Assembly (NCBI GenBank): GCA_004764695.1 | Contig: SMSO01000031.1 | Span: forward strand, 1,588,436-1,652,435 | DNA: 64,000 bases | Direction: 5' to 3' | DNA from: Schizochytrium sp. TIO01 | Lineage: Eukaryota > Protista > Bigyra: Labyrinthulomycetes | In this document: piece after piece, positions 49,713-59,229 of the stretch | How positions within the stretch are numbered: position 1 is the first letter of the stretch | Layout: each line of letters opens with the position of its first letter | Notes under the pieces: model-generated | Told to the model about the DNA's origin: nothing | What the model saw: only the letters and a program-made list of their open reading frames with translations | Databases searched by the model: none | Program-made: the position numbers and the translations under genes

Positions 49713-51593
49713 TTATTTGGATACTAGACTTGTGAGAACGGAAGCATCTTTTAGCTTCCAAATCTGTCGCGGTTGGTATTTTTCTAAATGAGTGCGATCG
49801 TGAGAGACACAAATCACAGCCCCCTCGATCTTTAATAGGGATTCCATTAATGCGTCGGTAGATTCAACATCAAGATTCTCAACTTCATCAAGAATGAGCA
49901 CCCCTGGTGCGATGCTAGATAATAATTGAGCAGACAGATACAAGCGAGTTCTTTGCCCAGCAGACAAAGTAGCGATACGCTGCGTCGCGATAGAACCCTG
50001 CAAGCCGAACTTGCCCAAATGACTTCGCGCTGCAAGTTCGGAAATACTTGGGTTTGCTTCACATTGAAGGAATTGCACTGCAGACAATTCCCCGTATTCT
50101 ACAAGCAAGCGCTGGAGCGCATTTTGGGGGAAATATGCGATGCGTAGTCCACTCTTGCGTTGTATAGAGCCTGCAGTGGGGTTCAATTGTCCTAGTAGCA
50201 GCTTTAAAAGTGTAGACTTACCAGCTCCATTTTCGCCCATTAACGCGATTCTATCGCCACCGTAAACTGCAACGGAAACACCCGCCAGCACAAGAGCGGT
50301 CTTATTCGAGGTGGGCGGATAGCTAAAGTCAACATCCTGCACAGAGAACAAATGAGTAGATTCAGACCACGCTGCTCCGGTGAAATAGATTGGCACAGTT
50401 TCATGCGCATGAGAGGTTTCTTCAAATTCAGCCAATTGCGTGGCCTCTTTTTTTAGCCTCTTCACTTTGGATGCCGCAGTACGAATTGCATTTTGCTTTG
50501 CCTCTACACACTTGCCTCGTACAAACCGCTTGTCGTATTTGTGCGTAGCAATGATGTTGGCAAAATTATTCCCACCTTTCTGAACTCGAGCCTTTACATG
50601 TTTCAAAGAGCTTGCTGCAGATACTTCTTTTGCTCGAGCCGTACATATCTCCCTTTTTGCGTGAGATACTGCATCGGTGCGAGCAACAAGAAATGAATCG
50701 TAGCCACAATTATAGGTGTGCAGTTTGTGGTTTGCATCGATGAACAGAATACGATCCGCCAAAGCATGATGAAGTGCTGGTTTGTGAGTGATGAGAATCA
50801 CTATTGCACCACTGTGAGCCATACAACGAGTACGTTCTTCTAACCATCGAAGTGAATCACTGTCCAGAAATGAAGGCTCATCAAGAATGAGTAGATCTGG
50901 CAATGACAAAAGTGCACGAGCCAGCTCGCACTTATAACGCCAACCACTTGATAAATCGCACACTGGAATATTCAACAGGTTTGCAGAGCCAAACCCGAGC
51001 TCTTGGAGAATGTCTTCCGCCTCAGCTTTACTTTCACAGAGCCGTTCGTCAGCTTCGAGCAGAAAGCTAAGTCGGCTAACTAGAGCTTCCACATTGTCAC
51101 TGCTTAAATCGTTGCTGTCTCTAAGGTCCACTCCCATGTCGCTTCTTAAATCCTCATCTGAATCCAGGTATCGCTCAAGCATTGAGATCTGGGCTTTAAT
51201 TTCACAGTGACGTGCAGACGCAGCGCTTTCAAGAAAGTCTTGAGAGCAAAGTGTACTGGTGCTAAGCGCTCCAGAATCAACGTAACATGTTGTGTAATCA
51301 GACGGGAAGCCAGGAATTGCTTTACTCGCTAAAAGACGAGCGAAACTGCTCTTTCCTGTTCCATTCGGCCCAATAAGACCAAACACTACTCCAGCTTCGA
51401 GAGTACAGCTCTCCACTTTTAAAAGATCTGCACAGCCATCATACGCGATGTTCCCGAGCGCCAACTTCAGCTGACGGCCGTTGAACGTGCATTGAGCATT
51501 GCTCGATATTGAGAGTAATGTCCATGGTACTCCAGTCGGAAGATTCGTTCCGTCAGGGCTTTCGGTGATGGTGTTGTATATGGTAAACAACAC
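49713..51593 (-). CDS. ABC-F-like soluble double-NBD ATPase (start uncertain)
   Basis: NBD1: GPNGTGKS, LSSGW, LILDEP, ITH. Helical linker. NBD2: GENGAGKST, LSAGQ, LILDE, VSHD. No TM segments. No in-frame ATG before NBD1. Confidence 0.8.
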   Translation of the reverse strand: MLFTIYNTITESPDGTNLPTGVPWTLLSISSNAQCTFNGRQLKLALGNIAYDGCADLLKVESCTLEAGVVFGLIGPNGTGKSSFARLLASKAIPGFPSDYTTCYVDSGALSTSTLCSQDFLESAASARHCEIKAQISMLERYLDSDEDLRSDMGVDLRDSNDLSSDNVEALVSRLSFLLEADERLCESKAEAEDILQELGFGSANLLNIPVCDLSSGWRYKCELARALLSLPDLLILDEPSFLDSDSLRWLEERTRCMAHSGAIVILITHKPALHHALADRILFIDANHKLHTYNCGYDSFLVARTDAVSHAKREICTARAKEVSAASSLKHVKARVQKGGNNFANIIATHKYDKRFVRGKCVEAKQNAIRTAASKVKRLKKEATQLAEFEETSHAHETVPIYFTGAAWSESTHLFSVQDVDFSYPPTSNKTALVLAGVSVAVYGGDRIALMGENGAGKSTLLKLLLGQLNPTAGSIQRKSGLRIAYFPQNALQRLLVEYGELSAVQFLQCEANPSISELAARSHLGKFGLQGSIATQRIATLSAGQRTRLYLSAQLLSSIAPGVLILDEVENLDVESTDALMESLLKIEGAVICVSHDRTHLEKYQPRQIWKLKDASVLTSLVSK

Positions 51594-51819
51594 TAGCGAA
51601 CGATTGCTCTACTTGTCAAGCTCTTTCTTGTGCTCAGCAATTTGTAGGTTTGGGTTTTGCAGATGCCTGGTAGTACCTGGAGGCTTCAGACGCTCCTTTG
51701 TTGAACGAGCAGTGTCGAGATCGAGCGAAGATCGTTCTAAATCCAATCCTAGAACATTCTAGGCATGGCATAATTTTACACATGTTCTGTGTATGTTCTG
51801 TAGACGTTCTACAACTGGC

Positions 51820-53050
51820 TTGTAAAAATTCTATTCGTTTTGCACTCGCAACATTGTAAGTTAGTAGGGCGCTGGAACAAGCTCATATGGTACCCAGTCA
51901 GAATGCCATCATTGTCTTCCTTACAAAGTTCTGTTGGGATATATTTCACCAGTTCATGCTTCACTCAATCCATTCGAAAGATGTTTCCTGAGATTTACTG
52001 TCTTTCCTTACTAATCTTGGTGTGATTGACTGGCTAAAAGTTATTCGTCAGGTAGACACGAAAGAGTATCAACTATCGTCACCTACATAGGATATGGAAT
52101 CTTTAGTAAATGGACTCCATCAAAATGGTAATCTATTCAAGACATTCATCAAAATGCACACACAGGTACAACTTTAAAATCGTCTGTGGCCCTCTCAAGG
52201 TTTTCCCCTGTTTGCATTTACCATCAAGGCTTCGCCAAGATGAATTATCTCAATCCTTCAATCTTGCAGTACAGAAGATCATTCAGGAAGGAGAAAGCTC
52301 CATACAACAAGATAAATCAGCTTAAGGTAATACCACTGTCTTCTAAGAACAGATAATCGTTACTGCTAGAACTTATGTGCGCCAAGTTTCTCCTTCAAAG
52401 GAAGGTGAAGCAGACGGAAACAGAGGTCTTAAACAAGAGCACAGTGCAAACAGCAGTACTGAGTCACTCGATCCGAATGAAAGCATTCATTCTACCAGGT
52501 TAGATATTACTAAAGCTGTGTCTATGATCGGTACAACTATGAATTAGCTGGGGAGTGGAGATGTGGTTCTGCGTTTGGATGCCCGCAACAAGATGACGAG
52601 ATTAGTGTTTACGATAACTCTCAAACTACTATCGAGGGAGACTTTAGTAATATTCACGATGATAGTCCAACTAGCACACGCGAATGGATGCGCAAGTAAA
52701 ATCCAGAACTGTTTGATGCAGTGAGACAAGCGCCTAAGTGGGACAGGCTATATCAAATGGCCATTTATTTATGGCCGATAGAAACACATAAGGATTCCAG
52801 CCAAGATGAATACTCGCGTGTATCACTCCTGTAACAATGTTATCAAGGTTGAACGCAAAAGAGATGTTCAAAAAGACAAAAATTAACCTCCAAAACGCCG
52901 TGATTTGCGCATACAGTGATACTGGGATCAATCGAAAATAGGTCTTGCTCGCTCCACAGAGCAGAAACACCCAGAATAAACAATATGACTGATTTGAAGG
53001 AGAGGGTGGAGCCTCTGGTAGCTCTTTCTAGCATAGTTCCTCCTGTTACT
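51820..53050 (+). pseudogene. probable decayed nuclease-kinase paralogue upstream of the intact copy
   Basis: LGVID..EYQLSSP..ESL..NLFKTFIK resembles relics A and C (YGVI..KYYMSQP..NLLKAFIK). Kinase remnants: CAKF..ETEVL ~ TSKF..EVRAL; cataaggat..ccagccaag ~ catcaggat..ccggctaac (HQD..PAN); EPLVALS ~ QPLNMLS. Confidence 0.45.
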
Positions 53051-54579
53051 GCTGATGAGATTGATAATAGTTTAATTTTTCAAATTCCGAAAGAGAAGAA
53101 AACCGCGCCTGTACCATCTGGGAAAAGAAGAAGACTCAGAAAAATAGCTTCAGTATCCTCTAGTAATGGTGAAGATGACGATAGTACATAGTGCCTCCTC
53201 AATCACAGAGAAATGTATATGTAGAAAAGCCTGGTTATCAAAATCTATCAATTTCAGAAAATGCTTAACCTTCGCCAGGTGCAGTAAAGAGAAAGCCTTG
53301 CTATGACTATGAATGTAGGAAACGATCTTGCTTCTCTCTAAAGTCTAAATGGGAGTGATGCGGATAAAGAGATTAATGATAATGAAGATGTATAGGATGC
53401 TAATTTGGTCAAAACTGTCCCAAAGATTATATTCATCGATTCTCCGCCAGGTGTGTTTAAAAATCAAGAGGGAACAAATAACTTGAGACAAATGCGAGAA
53501 CTGTTTAATATGTCCATCTATCTAGGATATCTTGAGTCCGGGGGAGAAAAATTCATGTTATCGCCCTTGCTTTCGACGAAGTACAAAAACTCACAACTTC
53601 GATCTCGAATAATTCTTAAAAAACAAAACAAAAAAGAAACAAGTTTAAGTGCATCTGAAGTTGGGATAAAGTAGTAGTAATTGACGATTCTAATGTATAT
53701 TACAATGATGTGAAAAGGAACTACAAAGAAGGTTGTCGGATCCTGCATTCCAGAGATAGGTTGTGTTGAAGAAAAATTGCCCATTGGCATCATCTAATTA
53801 AAAAATACTCAAAAAAATCTACACATTAATTAAAAATGTATATTAAAAAATTTATATGTAGGCCCTATGAACAAATAAAACGAGCTTTATAGCTTTCATC
53901 TGCCCGCTACAAGATCTTGTAAGATCCTCAGCTTGAAGTTATTTAAATTAAACACAAAATCCAAAAAACAGACGATGATTCGAGATCTGCAGTTTCTCGC
54001 AGTAATTTTGAAAGAAACATAAAAAACAGTAGTATCATCTAGCTTTGTTGTTTAATTATTGCCTGGCTAGCACTTATTAAAGCCACTGTCAGAGGCAACT
54101 GCGAGGTGATTGTTTGGGTTGGTCGAGCCTTACCTACCTCTCCCTAATATGTATATAGGCCTAAGCATAGTAGGTATATACTCTTTTTATAAATTATAAA
54201 TTAAAAAGAAATTTTCAACCCAAGTAGAAGGATCAATAGGAGTATCATTGTTATCTCTATCTCAAAAATGTGTAATTTTTTTCCAATTTCAATTAAATTT
54301 TTAATAAAACAGTGAACTATTACTTCGAGGTGTGCGAAATAAAAGAAATAACATTATGATACTTCAACTCAAGCAAACCCCAAACTCATCAAAGCACGGT
54401 ACCGCCCCCTCCCCCCAAAGGACAAGCCTGCGGAAAGAGAAACAACCACGCACTAATGAAACGCGTAATCCAGAGTACCCATGCGTTCGTTCGATCAATC
54501 TCAGGCCGCTCCAGGAACGCGAGCTCTTCTGTGACCGGATCACAGCGGGTATGCTTGGAACGAGGACCGATCCACCAAT

Positions 54580-56736
54580 ATGGATAGAGGTGGGGTTGGG
54601 ACTCAGGCCAACTTGGCTGGGGAGAATGCTAACTACGATAGCACGGTTGATGAGAGTGATGCTAAGATTGATGAGATGCTGGACAATCCCGATCTCGTGG
54701 TTGCTATGTACCGTAGGAGTCTTGCTGCGCATGCTGACGCTATTGCTAAGCTGACTGCTGAGATTGCTGAGAAAGAGAGCGCTCTTGCTGAGAAAGATAG
54801 CGCTCTTGCTGAGAAAGATACTCAGATTGCTAGGTTGAAGGACGATAATCGTAAAAGAAAGCTTGATGAATTTTTAATATTCAGAGCATCGGGTGTGCCC
54901 CTTGAACTAATGAAAACAAAGTTTGACTGTTTTCATACAGTAGAGTATTTTGAAAAACGAGAGTTAGATGAGGCCGCTTTGTATGATGCTTGGCAAGGCC
55001 TCACAACGAGTATTTTTAACTCCATGAAAGAGGAGGATTTATCCCGCATTTTCGATCGAAAAGAACCGGCACCTGAGAAAATAATCAGGAAGCTGTCTGA
55101 CCGAGTTTTTAAGTATGCATTACAAGCAGTGAACGAGATTGCTAGTGGCAGGGGTGAGGATAAGCTCAACTTCTGGCTAGAAAGCGAACCGTCCCACAGT
55201 TATGTGAATAGTGGACTTCAGGTATCATGGCCCAATGGACTAATCTATTTCGGAAAAGAGGAAATGGAAAAACTAAATCCCACATCTTTAAAGAAAATGA
55301 AGGGAGTTATGGGATACGAAGTAAGGAAAACACTTGGCGATGAAACTAATCTGTATCAAGCTGCAGCTCAATCGATTTGTATTATTGCACACGTCCCTCA
55401 TATGAAGTCGCTCATAGATTCGGGTTGTCTTTTTGGGTATGGAATTATCACGTCTGGTTCTGAATGGAATTTGGTTCGTCTAGAAATAAACCATGATGAG
55501 CAGGGTAGTAGCACAAGTAGTACCCCGGATAAAGAAAGACTGCAATTTCCCTATAGGCTTTCAAAGTTTCCTAGTCCAATCGTTTTTCTTCAAAGTAGTT
55601 TTGATATGGATACACCACCCAAAGAATTTGCTGCTATTGTAAACTGGATGCTTGAGCTGAAACTTTCAATTCTAAAGGCTGCATCTGGCATTCCACCGAA
55701 ACTTGGTCCAGCTCGAAGCGATGGTGGTGACTACCCTTTGAGGCTTGACGATGGTTCTGTTATCGATATGCGCTACTTTATTCACGCAACCCCAAACTGT
55801 GAAGTATACAGTGGTCTGAACACCACAAGTGGCGGTGTGGCAACGAGTAAATTCATGAGCCGCGCACGTTTTAAATTGGAGGTACGAGCTCTGAGGCGCC
55901 TCGCTAACCTCGGAATATGTGAAAATACTCCTCACCTCATTGGATTCGGAGAGATCCTTGATGAGGAGTGCATTTGGAGGAGGATGCTTGAAAGTTATGG
56001 CTTCACGCATGCTATTGTAACAGATGTTTGTGGTCATTCCCTCAGTGACCGCAGGGATGTGGAATTTATCAATAAAACTTTACTTCCCTGTATCGGTAAT
56101 ACCTTGGAACGATTAGGTGCAGCGGGACTTGTTCATCAGGATATTAAACCGGCTAACATTGTGGAACATATCTATCCAGAAGTGATGGGTATCGATGATC
56201 AACTTGACCATGCAACGGTGACACTTATTGACTATGCTCTTCTGAGTGACGCAGATGATGGAAGAGATTGTGATCAACCTTTAAATATGTTATCCCCTGT
56301 AGGTACACCAGCATTTGCATCCACAGGTGCTATGTGTTGCTTTCCAGCAAGTGTCCATGATGATTGGGAGAGTCTTGCCCTCACCTGTATCTACCTGCAG
56401 AGTCCGAGTGAATCGATTGATGATAGAGAAGCCAGTTCTTTCTATGATTGGGTACATTCTCAAACAGGTTGGGCAGGTTATTCAGAGACATCAACCACTG
56501 AGCTGATTAATCTGTTCGAAGCAAGGTTGAAGTTTTGGGATGCCGCGTATCAACTTGAGGAAGTTTACCCATGGCTCACTGAGAGTCCATATGCTCCTCA
56601 CTTCAAAGCTGCTCATGAGGCAGCTCACACATCATTGGCAAGGTATAAAGATTATGTTTCTTTTAATATACCAGAAAAATCTCAGAGAAAGTCGTTGCAT
56701 CCCACGAAGGGTGGAGAGACAAATTCTTCAGAGTAA
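54580..56736 (+). CDS. coiled-coil + PD-(D/E)xK restriction-endonuclease-like + protein-kinase-like protein (Crinkler/RHS REase-kinase, Spok-like architecture)
   Basis: 718-aa ORF. Heptad repeats AEKESALAEKDSALAEKD. Nuclease-like WPNGLIY..GYEVRK..YQAAAQ..YGIITSGSEW. Kinase: ATSKF, alphaC E (KLEVRAL), HQDIKPAN, LIDYA, GTPAFAS, DDWESL. Confidence 0.85.
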   Translation: MDRGGVGTQANLAGENANYDSTVDESDAKIDEMLDNPDLVVAMYRRSLAAHADAIAKLTAEIAEKESALAEKDSALAEKDTQIARLKDDNRKRKLDEFLIFRASGVPLELMKTKFDCFHTVEYFEKRELDEAALYDAWQGLTTSIFNSMKEEDLSRIFDRKEPAPEKIIRKLSDRVFKYALQAVNEIASGRGEDKLNFWLESEPSHSYVNSGLQVSWPNGLIYFGKEEMEKLNPTSLKKMKGVMGYEVRKTLGDETNLYQAAAQSICIIAHVPHMKSLIDSGCLFGYGIITSGSEWNLVRLEINHDEQGSSTSSTPDKERLQFPYRLSKFPSPIVFLQSSFDMDTPPKEFAAIVNWMLELKLSILKAASGIPPKLGPARSDGGDYPLRLDDGSVIDMRYFIHATPNCEVYSGLNTTSGGVATSKFMSRARFKLEVRALRRLANLGICENTPHLIGFGEILDEECIWRRMLESYGFTHAIVTDVCGHSLSDRRDVEFINKTLLPCIGNTLERLGAAGLVHQDIKPANIVEHIYPEVMGIDDQLDHATVTLIDYALLSDADDGRDCDQPLNMLSPVGTPAFASTGAMCCFPASVHDDWESLALTCIYLQSPSESIDDREASSFYDWVHSQTGWAGYSETSTTELINLFEARLKFWDAAYQLEEVYPWLTESPYAPHFKAAHEAAHTSLARYKDYVSFNIPEKSQRKSLHPTKGGETNSSE

Positions 56737-57250
56737 TGCAGAAATGCGAGTGCCCCGTTGTCTTGACAATTTCAGAATACAAAGAACAGTTTTGCATCTA
56801 AAAGGTCATCTATTGGGAAGGCTTTCCTTTTGGGGCCAACACAATCACTATTCTATATTCCAGGTCCACTTGGCTGCGGAAGATGCAAACAACTTGTAGA
56901 AGGAGATAAATGCGATATTGAAAATTGCATAGAAGCTGAGTAGAGCTTGAGTGGGTCGTCTGGGGTATAAAGTCCCAGAAGATTGTCGAAAGCTATGGTG
57001 AAGCGTCTGCGATCACCTCATTTAAAATGCTGTTATTCTTCTCTTAACTCATACAAATGGTGATTGAAATGTAAAGTTTGTTGTGCATATAAAAGGTTCA
57101 GTCGATTTAAAAAAAAAGGACAGTGTTTTCCGTAACTCGGAGGGAGACGCGTCAATCTGCGTTTAACGAGATTTAGACTCTGCACAATGATGTTGTACTG
57201 TGGAGCTGCTTTTTTTCCAATCGTTCATAAGAAGGGAAAAAAAGCAAAAA

Positions 57251-57369
57251 AACATTCAACACCGGGGCTTCGCATGCAGTCCCCTATCATACTACTGACC
57301 CGGCCCTACGCGACTTTACTTCTCAGTGCGAATGAGATGAGGTGTTACCCGCGTGGTATGATCGAATGT
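57251..57369 (-). rRNA. 5S rRNA
   Basis: 119 nt. Helix I ACATTCGA/TTGAATGT; helix II ACGCGG/TCGCGT; helix III CTCA/TGAG; loop E AGTA/GAA; helix IV closed by a GGGA tetraloop; poly-T terminator. Confidence 0.92.
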
Positions 57370-59229
57370 GCTTTTCATTGGTTGATTAATGTATATATAG
57401 ATTGTATTAGAGATAGTCCTATGGGAATAGAGAATTAGTTTATTGAGGATTTCTCAATTGGAGTGAGTAGTAGAAAGAACTGGGTTAGCGCATGCAGAAC
57501 CCAATGCAGCAGAGATAGATCAAATCATTCAATGATTGGAACAGTAGAGAGTAGAAGCAGCAAATCGTTATCTCTAGCTGGTAATTTCTTTCTTTGTGAG
57601 CGTTAGTTACCCAGGGTTGGGAAGAGAAGAGGCTTGCTCAAACGATCGGCGAGGGGGGTGCTCTTGAAATACAGCATACATAAGGAGCTTTTGGTACACA
57701 TTGATCGTGTGTAGAGTGAGAGCGGGTGGATGAGACTCTGGGTGAAGAGTTCTTAGGTTTTGTAAAGCGACTGTTGAAAGTACCTGCCGTTGACAGGCAC
57801 GAACGAAGGAGAAAAAACATGATCTCAGATCACTCTTATGACTCCTTCGGTGTAATGAATAAGTGGACACTTCAAAAGCTTCTGTGAAATTTGATTCCTT
57901 GTCTAATTAATTCACAAAGAAGCTGCAGCTGATTCACATGCAAAGGCCTTCAATGGAGTGACGTTTGCTGCCTATTTTTGGTTTTTGGTGTGTTCGCGCA
58001 AGGCCTTTGACTGGTGCTAGAGCCGTTGGCAGAATGAAGGGTTTGATCAAGCTTTTGTTTTCCTTTTCTTTTTTGGGCTGACGCGAAAAGAAAAACTTAC
58101 CAACTGATTGCAAATATATCTATCCTCCCCTTTAAAGTTAAGATCCTGAAACGACATTCACAAAGAAGTAAGTAGAGATAAACTCAGACCGAGAAAGAAT
58201 CAAAAAATGGTAGTTCTTCTAAAAGATCAACCCTGAGCAGAAATTAAGACTGGGCATCATGATCTTAATCATTGGTATCTTCGTGCTAATTCTTACCTGA
58301 ACCCGTACGACATTGGTTACCAAACATGCAATGATGATGATCCTGATGTAGAGAATGGTGATGATACACGTGCCACACTACTACAGGAGGGGCAACATCA
58401 GGGACTGGGAAGTACAACAGCTTCCAGCGGGACTATTTCTCACGAAAAAAGTACGATTCCAATCTAAGGGCGCGTCCCACTACGGATAATATGCTGCGTC
58501 CCTCGGATGATAACGTTTAGGGGGGCTTGACATTTAGTAGGATGCCGCAGGATAAGGACATTTTTTAGGGTCCTATAGTGAATGATGCTCTTACCTCAAT
58601 TGTGTGGGTGTGCGCAGCAAAGGAGCAGATCCATTTTACCTGAGGTCGGCTGGTACACGGGCCAGGGCCAAATTTCCATGATCGTGCAAATGCCAAGGCC
58701 CTTCGCATCAATATCTTTTGTGCCAGCTACAATAATGAAATGTTCCCTATCCCCACTGATGAATTCAAAGCGGCTTATTAGAAGAACTTCTGGAAAGTTG
58801 CAGGTGCCAATTTTATAACCCCTAAATGAGGCAAGGTAGATGTTTTTGATTTTGATTGCTGATCACCACGATTCTACTTTCTTCAGTGCGGTCGTAAAAA
58901 AGTATCCTAACTGGTGGCCGCAGGTCAAGGCAGAGCAGCTTCCCTTGATAGATCATGATGAGCTATCGTTAGTGCAGGTTAGGAGTGCAGTACGTTGAGT
59001 GAAGGGATCCATTGATTTCAGTTCTTTGCATGTACTAGCAGGCAGTCACTCTTATTTGGTTGAATGTGACCCAGAGAAGAAGATAAATGTAATACCTGGT
59101 GCTCTTTTTAATGATGGCATGCGCATGATAAGCTATACACGCGCTACATGTACTTACATGTATCGTCCTAATACTACCGCAAAGGTTGATTTAGAGCAGA
59201 ACCTGAATCTTATTGTTTCATTCAGAATT

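Noticed and set aside
53405-53674. IFIDSPPGVFK as a degenerate Walker A
   Set aside because: Lacks GK[ST] and has no supporting NTPase motifs.
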